From Pecten maximus (lineage: Eukaryota): a stretch of DNA of 64,000 bases. The stretch is taken from NCBI RefSeq assembly GCF_902652985.1, contig NC_047024.1, positions 24,986,001 to 25,050,000 on the forward strand, written 5' to 3'. A program made the translations under genes and the position numbers. Each line of letters opens with the position of its first letter. Position 1 is the first letter of the stretch. Positions 51,401 through 62,960 of this stretch are shown piece by piece. The notes under the pieces are model-generated. The model searched no databases, was not told where the DNA came from, and saw only the letters and a list, made by a program, of their open reading frames with translations.

Positions 51401-54400
51401 ATAAGAAGTGAGAGACTTACATTCCACACAACGACAGCCGGCCAACAACACCTGTTTGTATTGGTCAACACTGGCCGGACTCTTCACTTGGTCACCGGAC
51501 AGGTATCTACAGTAAACACAGAAAGACTATAAGTAATTACATGTTAACATGATGAAATACAGGTAAACATTCTGTAACTACAGGTTAACATATACAGGAA
51601 ACAACTACAGGTATGTATCAGTAAGTTATATATTGAGGCAGAAGTGTCCAAGATTTTGTGAAAACTGGCTATGTAACTTACCTGTTGTGAAACGTGTTGT
51701 GAGAACTGGCTATGTAACTTACCTGTTGTGAAACGTGTTGTGAGTACTGGCTATGTAACTTACGTGTTGTAAGAACTGGCAATGTAACTTACCTGTTGTG
51801 AGAACTGGCTATGTAACTTATGTGTTGTGAGAACTGGCTATGTAACTTACGTGTTGTGAGAACTGGCTATGTAACTTGCCTGTTGTGAGATGTGTTGTGA
51901 GAACAGGCTATGTAACTTACCTGTTGTGAGATGTGTTGTGAGAACTGGCTATGTAACTTATCTGTTGTGAGATGTGTTGTGAGAGCTGGCTATGTAACTT
52001 ATGTGTTGTGAGAACTGGCTATGTAACTAAGGTATTATGAGAACTGGATATGTAACTTAAGTGTTGTGAGAACTGGTTATGTAACTCACGTGTTGTGAGA
52101 ACTGGCTATGTAACTCACGTGTTGTGAGAACTGGCTATGTAACTTACGTGTTGTGAGAACTGTCTATGTAACTTACATGTTGTGAGAACTGGCTATGTAG
52201 CTCACGTGTTGTGAGACGGGTTGTGAGAACTGGCTATGTAACTCACGTGTTGTGAGAACTGGCTATGTAACTCACGTGTTGTGAGAACTGGCTATGTAAC
52301 TTACGTGTTGTGAAACGTGTTGTGAGTACTGGCTATGTAACTTACGTGTTGTGAGAACTGGCTATGTAACTTACATGTTGTGAGAACTGGCTATGTAACT
52401 CACGTGTTGTGAGACGGGTTGTGAGAACTGGCTATGTAACTTACATGTTGTGAGAACTGGCTATATAACTTACGTGTTGTGAGATGTGTTGTGGGAGCTG
52501 GCTATGTAACTTATCTGTTGTGAGAACTGGCTATGTAACTTACGTATTGTGAGAACTGGCTATGTAGTAGTTGTTGATCGGATGATTCATTAAATCCTCA
52601 CACACTGTTTTTTCATCAGGGTTAAATATGTCACACCATTCATTGGAACACAGAAACTCTGTAAATCCTAGAAAACATGAAAATTATCAACAAAGATAAG
52701 TAGAATAAAAACTATGAAGATGCCCTTTATTACTCATGACATCATTCAGAGGAATGATTGAACATTTTCTAAAGTATGGTTGCTTCTCACATTTGTTTTA
52801 CTTTTTCTACAGTGAATATTGTGGGTACACCAATTAATCCATTATTGTGATAATGTGTTAAAATTTTTGTAATGGACTGTAATTTGATTTTTCCCAGAAC
52901 TAATGTATTAACAGTACTGTACTTAGAGGCTAAGACATCAAATTGTGTCCCAAAGTAGAGGCAGTACAAACAGCATTTGTTGGTATTTTGAGTTACAATT
53001 GAGATATGTGGGCTTATTACCAGGCCTGGACCTATTGATGGATGATTACGATATATATTGACACATTTATATAGACACTGATACCATAGTAGCATGTGAA
53101 ATGTCATTACAAATTGTTGTTTTGAAGACATTAACATGTAATATAAGACACTAATACTCCTGTAGGTCTAGGTTTTGTTATATTTACCATCTATTCCCAT
53201 CTGGCCCTGTTTGACATGCTCTGGTGACGGCTCAAAACTCTTGATTATGTACAGACAAATATCTTTGGTCACCCTGGACATCTGAAAAGGTGGGAAACAA
53301 GGGTTGTTTAACAGGGAAGGGTTATAGGCTAATTAACATTCTGTGTTTAAAGGGGAAAATTAATATCGGTTCTTTTTGACAATCTATGACTATGTCCATG
53401 ATTTTTTTCTAAAACAAACAGTTTATTAAAAAGGGCAGAGTGTTTAAAAATGAATGTAACCTAAGTAAAAAAAGCACAACACTGAAGAATTAAAAAAATT
53501 ACAACTAGTTCACCAGTTAAACAAATTTCAAAAATAGACACTTAGCTATATTGACATAAATCTGGTGATAACTGACAACATTTATTGATCAATTTAAGAT
53601 CAATGACATGAGGTATGATTAATTATTTTCCGTAGATCAGGAATGTCTTTGATCGCGATCATCTCTAGACCTTACCCCTTGTACTGATTCCATAAAGAGC
53701 AGAAGATCGTCTGTGGTGAGGTATGTACCATTACTAGCGTACCTGTAACAGAACATTTGGCTTTCCAAAAAAAACTACAACATATTTACAAAATCAATAT
53801 GTAAAAATCATCAAATCTTGGAAACAGTAATTTGATTTTAGCAGTTAACTACCCTTCAAAAATAAAAAAATCCAAAAAGATCGTTCCCGTGCTATTCCAT
53901 CCGGACTGTGAGTTTTCCGGACTATCGGCGTCCGGATTATCGCGGATCCACTGTATATAATTTCAACCAATACATTTGAAAATTTGACCTTTGAACTTCA
54001 GTCACAGCATCTTCAATAGAGCTTTGTCAAAACTTAAACGTTTACCAACTGATTTGAAAACTCTCACCTCTTATGTGATATTGCAATCATCATTTCTGAC
54101 CTTTTGGATTATCTTCAGTTGATTTATGATAACCTTTGATAAATTTTCCCAAGTCACCTAGACCTTTGACCTTTACAACTCTGTCCACCTTTACCTGGAG
54201 AGTAACTTACTGAATCATGAGGAGGTAGATTTCTGGCCGGGTAAACAGTTTCTTGTACAGAGATTTAAACTCCTCACATGTCACGTTTTCATTTCCTTTT
54301 GCTGATGCAAGTTCCTAAAATGAAAAAAAAAAGTAATTTTCAAGAATGACACATTACTGTAAATGCAATATTTTAGCAGTAATCATATTTTAGTTGTTTT

Positions 54401-57400
54401 TGCACTGAAAGCATTCCCCTCAATTTAGATTTCCCTAATTGCAGCCTCAGTAAATTGCTTTCTAGGGCAAGTAGTCTGATTACACCAATTAATCAATGTG
54501 CTTTAAATTCAGCATTGCGCTAAAACTTCAGAGCACAAAAATAAATATGCTTACAGTATTTAAGATTATGAAAACATTGTTAACCTCAGAAAGTTATCAA
54601 AGCTATATTCTAGCAATAGATGTATGTATCCCATGGGAGGACTCTTGAAATACAGAAATTCTATACATGGTGTTCTACTCATTATATGGTACTGTTTTAA
54701 TTTAATCACAATTGTTCTCAGTTCCTGTTCAACAAACCTGGATCCTCCCACTGGGTAGATATTCCTGGAATAGCTTTCAGTATAGAAGGTGATTGTATAG
54801 ATAAACTGCTGTGAAATTGATAGCTTACCATGGTGTTGACCCAGAAAGCCTTAACAAGCTTAATATTTTTTTTAGTACTTACTTTCAACTTTTGATTGAC
54901 ATGTTGATTGTGAAAGTTTTCGTTGAGTTTTTTCAGAAGAGCAGCAGCTCCTTTGCGGTCCAACAGTCCCGTATTTATGTCGGCTTCACCATTGAAACAT
55001 TCCTCCAACCATGTATAGATAGGTCAAGGTCAACAGAGGTCACAATACAAGGTAATCAACAAGAAAAATAGGTGTTAAGTACTAAGCAGGTCAACATGAG
55101 CTAAATTTTTTACCAAAAGTCAAATGAGTCACAATTTTAGTATTTTTGTACGACTTTTTAAGCCAATGTTACACTTTGAAGCATGTGCAGATCTATGAGG
55201 GAACAGATATGTTTATTATACAAGGCAGTACATTTTTCTTCCAATAAATTTACCATAAATACCAACAACTGCAAGATTAATATAAATTCCAACAGAAAAA
55301 ATTCCCAATAAAAAATATTTTTGTATATTTGTATATTTCAAAAGGATATCCCTCCCTTTCCTTGTCGGTATCAACAGGTTTTGAATCGGCTGAAATAATA
55401 AAAATATTAAGATTCAGAGACCAGATATATTATTAACTAATATCAGCAAAAAACTATATTTCACAAGTAATGTTAAACTATTTTATGATTTCTTCATTTT
55501 TTTACTGACTGGCAAGATGGAAATATCCCACATACATGTACCAGTCCTTAGTCATCATTAAATACATAAATGTACCTACATGTATATTCAAAATACCTCG
55601 CCAACCTTTACAGCAAACTGATAAGATCTTAATGATAAAATGCGCCCCTAATGAGATTTTATCCTGAATCCATGATATCAATGTTTAAAGCATTTGTATA
55701 ATTATATGTAAATATGAATATCAGGACTCTATTAACAGCAATATGTCTAGTCATGTCATGATTTATCAAAATTAAAAAAAAAAAAAAAAATATTATTATC
55801 CGGCAACTCTGAGATAAGTTAGCCTACAATTACCCTAAATTTATCATACCATATAATACAGGAAAGATCAGGAACACTAGAGGGTGGCCTCGTAGGGTTG
55901 AGGTGAACATTTATATCTGAGTGGTGTTGGAGGAACCACAGTAAGACACAATCATACAGAAATGGGTTAGTACACAGGCACAGTGAAAGAAATTATTTAC
56001 AAGTGATATTCATCAGGAAGGGGAGGTAATTTACAGGCGTTTTTCATCAGGAAATGGACATAATGTACAGTTGTTTTTAATCACTAAGGGGAGATATTTC
56101 ATAGATATCTCCTATCAGGAAGTGGATATAGTTTTCAGGCATGTTATATATTATATCAGGAATGGGAGAAATTTTAAGGACAGTAATTCAGAAACAGGAG
56201 ATAATTTACAGGTATAATTCAGCAGGGATAATAAATTAGGAAGGGGAGATAATTCACTGGTGTAGTTTAACAAGGACAATAAATCAAGAAGGGGAAATCA
56301 TTTATAGGTAGAATAAATTAGGAAGGGGAGACAATTTACAGGTATAGTATATCAGAATGAGAGGAGAGTAAATTAAGAAGGGGAAACAATTTGCAGGTGT
56401 TTTCACTTCAAAGGATCAGAAAGGCCAGAGGTTTATTACAAGATTATTATATCAGGAAGGGGAGATAACTAATATGTTTAGTAGATGTGAAAAGGGAGAT
56501 AACTTACATATATATCATATCAGAGAGGGGAGACAATTTACAGATATATCATATCAGAGAGGGGAGATAACTTAAAGTTTATCACATCAAGAAGGGGAGA
56601 TAACTTCAAAAAGACCAATTGTAGTACACCAGGGAAGAAACAACATTTGTTGGCATACTAATCTAGCTAGTAGGACTAAAAATACTTTATATAATATATG
56701 AAAATAATAAAGAGATATTTCTAAACTTCTGTGTTACAGGGTAATGATTGGAGAGTTGGGGACGTTATCGAACTCAAATTTGATGTATAACTAGATCATG
56801 ATTTGCTGAATTACATATACATGTATTTTTTAACCCATATAAAAGTGTGTTTTTTAAGTACACATCTTCTTTGCATTTATACTGTCATTGTGACTTTATC
56901 CTAGAATTGTCAAAAAACAATATGTTCACTATTCATATTCTTCCAGGCATGCATTCATTACACACATTGAATAACTGCAGTGTGACTTGAATTTGTGTCC
57001 AGTGACCTAGTTTTGACCCACAAAGAAGTGAGAATGAGGAGGACAGTATAATGATATATGGATGGCAATCAACACGAGGTGAGAAGAACAAATTGGTATG
57101 CTGTCCAACTACGACATCTTACCTTCTGGGGCAGGTTCCTCTGAAGAGTAACGCAAGAGGTGTTACCATGGTAACCATGGTTTTACTGGCAGGGGCCAAA
57201 GACTAACAATATCATGTCATCTACTTAAACGTGCTTTATCACACAACTGACATGTTCTGTCGTGTCATATGACCCACGACATCAATATTGTTAGACGTAT
57301 GTGTTAATATATCCTTATAGGTGATAAATAAATAATGTCATGATGATGTCACAATTTTTGTAGAGAAAAAATTATCGCTGAAGTTGAAATTAGACAGTCT

Positions 57401-60244
57401 TATAAGGAAATCAATTTGACAGTTTTCATAAAATTATCTATGTGATAAATAGAATATCACACTCCTGGCTATGCAATAGGAAATTTATCGAACTTGTTAA
57501 ATACATTATTATGTCATTCACGTAAGGGCTTGTGACATCTAAAATATTTAAACTCATTTAATAAATTTCAAACTACATTGACACTCCTTAAAGATCCCTA
57601 GTTTTAATCAATTGATTATTCAAGTTATGGATAATTGATATACATATACATGTATATGTTTCCTAGAGTAAATGTGAAATTTGTCTTTGGTAAACAAATA
57701 TGTTAGAATAGTATGGTGAATATAACCTATGGTAATTTGTTATGGTAATTTGTTCAGCATGGAGGAAGCCAATTCCATCAACTTTAAGAGTAAATAATTT
57801 CGTACCTGTTTTCTGAAATCTAATGAGTGCTGTTATGCCAGTGATCCACAGAGCTGCCGTTTCCTCACAGTCAGCTACCAGGTAAAGAGGTTTACTGTCA
57901 CTGTTGAACTTGATGGTGAAACACTGATTGGCGTTCTGACAAAGATGATTTACTTTCTTATGTTTAAATGCATCAGCTGTGTTTCCAATGACAAGTTCCT
58001 TAAAACTGGCAGTGGGCACTGAAACAACAGATATACTCAGTCATTGGGCACTGAAACAACATATATACTCAGTCAGTAGGAAATGAAACAACATATAGAC
58101 TTAGTCAATGGGCACTGAAACAACAGATATACTTAGTCAATGGGCACTGAAACAACATATATACTCAGTCAGTAGGAAATGAAACAACAGATATACTTAG
58201 TCAATGGGCACTGAAACAACAGATATACTCAGTCAATGGGCACTGAAACAACAGATATACTCAGTCAGTAGGAAATGAAACAACATATATACTCAGCCAA
58301 TGGGCACTGAAACAACAGATATCCTCAGTCAATGGGCACTGAAACAAAAGAAATAATCAGTCATTGGGCACTGAAACAACACACAAATATTCAGTCAATG
58401 GGAAATAAACCAACAGAAATACTCAGTTAATGGGAAATAAAACAACAGAAATACTCAGTTAATGGGAAATAAAACAACAGAAATACTCAGTCAATTGGCA
58501 CTGAAACAACAGATATAATCAGTCGATGGGCACTGAAACAACAGATATACTCAGTCAATGGGCACTGAAACAACAGATATACTCAGTCAATGGGCACTGA
58601 AACAACAGATATACTTAGTCAATGGGCACTGAAACAACACACAAATATTCAGTCAATGGGAAATAAACCAACAGAAATACTCAGTTAATGGGAAATAAAA
58701 CAACAGAAATACTCAGTCAATTGGCACTGAAACAACAGATATAATCAGTCGATGGGCACTGAAACAACAGATATAATCAGTCGATGGGCACTGAAACAAC
58801 AGATATACTCAAGCAATGAACACTGCAACAACAGCTTTACCCCATCAGTAGGCTAAACATTTTTCTACTTTATGATAGCTGGAATCTTAATGGAATAAGA
58901 TAGAATCATACCTTCACCGCCATGTTTACTTGGCTTCCACTTTAATGCCATTCTGTCATCACTCAGACAGAACGTCTTATCGAGGTGGACCTGGCCATTC
59001 CTAATCTTGGCCAGTTTTGAACCTTTCTGCATGAATAACCAGGCTTCTTGTGCTGAAACAAAGACAACAGAACAGAACTTTCATAGGTGACTCTTAGCAG
59101 ATTGTTTGTTTGGTTTATCCCCCTGTGAACAACCAGAGTTTGAGATGGTGCCTCTCTGTAGTAGCTGTTGGCTATCTAACTGTATGGCATTTACATGTAT
59201 TACTGTTAAAGCTTTTTCTGAGCAAAAAGACATACTTTTGTCAAATGATACACTACCCATTTATTGTTCTTCACAGTAAAAAAGACAATGAGACAATTTG
59301 TAACTTAAATTCATTCTCTGGACCTTTACTAGAATACTAGAACAGTTATGTCTCAAAATGGTCATTTTGTTATATGAATGACATAAAAAAGAAAACATCA
59401 TATCTGTTAATGTTGATAAGTAAGGGATGTTTTTATTGTTTTATGTCCTATAAACACAATGAGATCATTTAAGAATGGGCCCCCGACGGATGCTTATAGT
59501 GTTATCATACTGAAATGCCACACCTGGACTAATGTGTCAAATAATACTGACGAATGAACCAGACCTTCCAGTGTAACTTTTGACCAGAACGTCAAGAGCA
59601 ACTTAACAGAAAGCATTGATTTCATAGATTTTGGTTTGTCTCGACCAAAGCCTTCCTCACAGGGGCGAGCACTCAAGTAAAGGCCAAATGTGAGGCAGTG
59701 TCAAGGAAGACATTAAGAATTGAAAAGTTGCTTAGAAGGAAGAGAAAAGGATAAGATCCATAATTTAGTCACCCATTACAAATCATATAACAGAGAGCTG
59801 CAGAACAGATACAATTATTATCAGCTAAAGAGGTTCATCATTTTTATTTAAACATAAGATTTGAGACTGTATCAGATCTATTAAGCATAATTACATTTGT
59901 AAAAACATGAAAGGATGTGGTTAATGAAACCATTCTTAGAGAAACTAAGGTTGAAAAATAAATGAAAAATCATTTGGAGAGAATTAAATCACTCTTTCAC
60001 TTATAGTTTTTTAGGAAACAAATCACTGTTCCAATCAGTCTTATGGTGTTTCAAGAGAATAAATACTGTATTTTAATCACCTACCTCTGATTTCGTTGAT
60101 ATGTCCGTCAGTCGAAGACGATAACCGCATACTAGATCCAAACCCTCCAGAGTTGCGCTTCATACTCAAGCTGGACCCAACTCGTCTCATCTCGGTAACG
60201 GACGGGGAATTGTTTAACGTCAGACTTTGTGACCTCCAGGCCAT
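36480..60244 (-). CDS. PLCL: Phospholipase C-like protein (PLCL/PRIP family), gene B; apparently complete 27-exon CDS of about 1041 aa (PH, EF, X, Y, C2, C-terminal tail)
   Basis: Exons in minus-strand order: 60244-60085 (ACAACAATGG start), 59052-58912 (AWLFMQKGSKLAKIR, PH), 58018-57806, 57140-57123, 55389-55350, 55012-54883, 54314-54211, 53742-53676, 53281-53188, 52667-52544 (YYIASSHNT), 51506-51421, 51218-51095 (LDCYDG..IIKHG), 48420-48252, 47192-47097, 46531-46429, 46035-45856, 45351-45149, 44694-44565, 43194-43036, 42361-42264, 41921-41820, 39802-39611, 39153-39076, 38752-38699, 37895-37803, 37647-37552 ([13 protein letters not shown]), 36551-36480 (TAG). The sum of 3126 nt is divisible by 3. 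Many exon lengths equal those of gene A (86, 169, 180, 98, 102, 54, 93, 96 nt). The first exon, the micro-exon and the donor at 47096 are the least certain parts. Confidence 0.9.
37975..38190 (-). mobile_element. Truncated SINE (family 2)
   Basis: GTGAACAGCCA..CATTTTGAGGCAG..CTTGTAGTAGCTGGT..CATGCCATCCAGAGCAATTA shared with other copies. Confidence 0.65.
39383..39615 (-). repeat. 25-bp tandem array resembling the donor of exon 39802-39611
   Basis: Minus-strand unit TGAG|GTTAGTAGAGGTCAGAGAGTG versus real donor TGAG|GTAAGTAGAGGTCA. Confidence 0.8.
39835..40100 (+). repeat. Roughly 35-bp degenerate minisatellite
   Basis: TAATCTAGGTCGAGTGTGTGACCCAGATAT recurring. Confidence 0.8.
40282..41805 (+). 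repeat. 37-39-bp minisatellite (about 40 copies) filling most of an intron of gene B
   Basis: CATTGATATA(TA)TACACCACTACAATGGTGGCCTCGTGT. Confidence 0.96.
42790..43060 (-). repeat. 45-bp x6 tandem array of exon end plus donor (gene B, C2 exon)
   Basis: Minus-strand unit ATACCATTTACCTGTATCAGGACAG|GTGAGGGGATATCATTTATT; reads IPFTCIRTGEGISFI in frame. Confidence 0.95.
44409..44590 (-). repeat. Roughly 61-bp x3 tandem array of exon end plus donor (gene B)
   Basis: Minus-strand unit CCAGACTAAGCCCACCCAGGGTGAAG|GTTAGCATTT..CTCATGTCTAACT. Confidence 0.92.
48563..51085 (+). mobile_element. HINE-like element carrying a satellite-like internal array of about 145-bp units, interrupted by an insertion at about 48900-49640
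   Basis: 5' TTTTTAGCTCACCTG..GTGAGCTT, CGTCCGTCGTCC microsatellite, alternating units (..TGTAGCATGCTGGGGT(G/A)AAGGGCTACCAAGTTTGTTCAAATGAATGACCTTGACC..), 3' CAGGTGAGCGA plus GGGCCCATTGGGCCC hairpin and TTGTT. Confidence 0.85.
51660..52567 (-). repeat. Roughly 29-bp tandem array made of the exon end plus splice donor of gene B (same intron position as 3829-5410)
   Basis: Minus-strand unit TACATAGCCAGTTCTCACAA(C/T)AC|GTAAGT; the first copy is the real YIASSHNT exon end. Confidence 0.96.
55013..55349 (-). other. U12-type (minor spliceosome) AT-AC intron in gene B
   Basis: 5' splice site ATATCCTTT starting at 55349; branch-point-like ACCTTGAC at 55030-55023; terminal AC at 55014-55013. Splicing joins ..KEREG|WLEECF.. 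in frame. Confidence 0.88.
57123..57140 (-). CDS. Putative 18-nt micro-exon of gene B (EEPAPE)
   Basis: TTACTCTTCAG|AGGAACCTGCCCCAGAAG|GTAAGA on the minus strand; phase 1-1 and frame-preserving, between the PH and EF exons. Confidence 0.6.
58014..58832 (-). repeat. 32-bp tandem array of acceptor plus exon start (gene B, PH exon)
   Basis: Minus-strand unit ATTGACTGAGTATATCTGTTGTTTCAG|TGCCC; the last copy is the real acceptor at 58019. Confidence 0.93.
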
Positions 60245-62209
60245 TGTTGTGCGGTGAAGTTCTATGCACTTTTCTCTATAACGTACTGGTCCCTAGTTAT
60301 ATAATTGCACACATTTTACCTGTGATTTTTTTTTATGTTTCTACGACTCCTGCACAAACATTTATAACAGGTAATGTTGCAACGTTAATCCACTCTCCTT
60401 TAGATTATCATGTTGTAAAGATATTTACTCGACTTCGTAGGGTAGGAATGTACACAACAGCTCTACGTTAATTTCTGTCAAGACATCCCTCTCCTACTCA
60501 GTAATGATTAGTCATACCTTGAAATCCCTCTACAAACAACAGAAATCGAACTTTAAAATACATATCAACATACAGTCTAAACTTTTCACAAAACAGAGAA
60601 CGACCCACATAACTAATCCGTTAATGTAAACAAATATCGGGGTACAATGGTATCTGATAAATTATACCTGGGGTATTGTCAATATTCCAATATATGATTT
60701 CTTTTCCAATCTTCCAGTGATGAATTTTCTGATTACAGTCACCAATGTCAATACTTTAGCCAGTAGTGATGTATACACCCTTACATTCAATACCCTTACA
60801 GCTCTCCCTTTAAATAAACCCACAGGGAAATATATTAATGACCTCAGTGACATCCTGCTACATACTATCCTCTGGTTACTTACATGTACCACAAATAAAA
60901 TCTATTATGATATGAATAAGCCTTTTATAAGTGTACAGTTGAAATCTAGATTACCATCAGAGAAAAGAGAAAAAAAATTCCTTGTCTACACCTATTCAAT
61001 TAAATATACCGGTAATCATTTACGGTAAAAATGTAATGATTGGTACTTCTAATTAAGTCCAGAAAATAATGACTCAGGTTTATTTAGGTATTCTGACTAT
61101 GACCTTGACATTGTATATTGGGTCTGTACATGTGCATGCATATGATAAATCTGCATATCCATGACCTTGACTTTTCATTGATGGTTATAATTGAGACTTT
61201 ATCCTTGAAGGTAAGATTCAGTCTGTCACCTTTGACCTTGTGGTGAGAATTCTTGACCTTGACCTTATGGTGATGATTCTTATAGAAACCATGACCTTGT
61301 GGTGAGGATTCTGATTGTCACCTTGACCTTGCGGGATTACATTTTTGGCCTTTAATTTGATGTCAGGAACTTATGTAACCTTTGACCTTGTCTTTAAGAT
61401 TAAAATTGTGACCTTTGCTATTTTATTGAGGAATCCTATAGTGATCTTTGACATTGTGATGTGGGTTCTTATTGTGATAAAGATATTGTGATGAGGAATT
61501 TTGGTGACCTCTGACCTTGTGAAGTTTATATTTTACCTTTGACTTTACGGTCAGGATTTCTTTTTTTAGTCCTGACCTGTGTTTAAATTCTAAAAAAAAT
61601 AACATTTAAATAATGTATTCAAACTTACATTTAACCCCTATAATGCCTAACAATTACTTTCACAATGACTGTAGCAACTTTTCAAGTCCCTGTGCTAGAA
61701 CAAACATTAGTAAATTGTTGTATCACATTGTATATACACTTGTCACTACATGTGATTGAAAATTTATTGGTACAGTGATGCTCCACTAAAATTGATTTAC
61801 TACCATTTTCTTTTTCTTTTTTTGAAACTTTGTCCTGATATCTCATGTCAGGTACCGAAGTGTTTATATCCATGATTTCACCCTAATTTCAAATGAATAT
61901 TGATGAGTTTACTAGATAATGGAGACATATGACAGTTATACAGGTACTTTAAAAGAAGAATCCAAAGATATGCAAATTCATTACAACATTTCAGTCCCTG
62001 AGTTTATTATACAGAGCTACTTCATATAACTGTAGTTTCTCTATAAATATTTCATTATGCTAATTAACCCATACAGATCAGCACCATATCTATATGCAAA
62101 CAAATACTATAAAACCCCTTCTATGTTTTTCAGAATAATCAATTTTTCAAATAGTAATTTTAAAGTGGTTCACAAATAAGCCCGCCTAAGATTTCAATAC
62201 TACACTTTT

Positions 62210-62960
62210 CAGAGTTTAATTTGAGGATAAATATTTTACTTAAGTAAGTACTTAAATTTTACACTTGGGAGAGGGGGCTTATTTGAGGTTAAATATCGTA
62301 CTAAACATTTACACTTGGGGAGGGAGGGGGGGGGGGGGGGGGGGGTATTTGAGGATAGATACAGTACTAAACTTTTGACGCTAGGCTAGGTTATATTTGA
62401 GGATAATTACAGTACTTCAAGTTTTACACTAGGGGAGGGGGCTTATTTGAGAGCAAATATGATACTACACACTTAAACAGAGGGAGGGGGTCAAATTTGA
62501 GGATAAATGCAGCACTTAAGTTTTACAATAGGGGAAGGGGCTTATTTGAGGGTAAATATGGTACATGTACTAGGCATTTACAATGGGGGGGGGGGGGGGC
62601 TTATTTGAGGGTAAATGTTGTACTTGGCATTTACAATGGGGGAGGGGGCTTATACAGCACTAAAGTTTTACATTAGGGGAGGGGGCTTATTTGAGGGTAA
62701 ATATGGTACTAAACAATTACAATGGGGAGGGGGCTTATTTGAGGGTAAATATGGTACTAGACATTTACAATGGGGGAGGGGGCTTATTTGAGGGTAAATG
62801 TGGTACTAAACAATTACAATGGGGGAGGGGGCTTATTTGAGTGTAAATATGATACTAGAGATATAAAATGGGGAGGGGAGGGGACTGATTTGAGGGTAAA
62901 TATGGTACTAGACATTTACAATGGGGAGGGGAGGGGACTGATTTGAGGATAGATATGATA
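62210..62960 (+). repeat. Roughly 50-bp G-rich tandem repeat upstream of gene B
   Basis: TTTACAATGGGGAGGGGGCTTATTTGAGGGTAAATATGGTACT; same family as 15285-15572. Confidence 0.88.
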
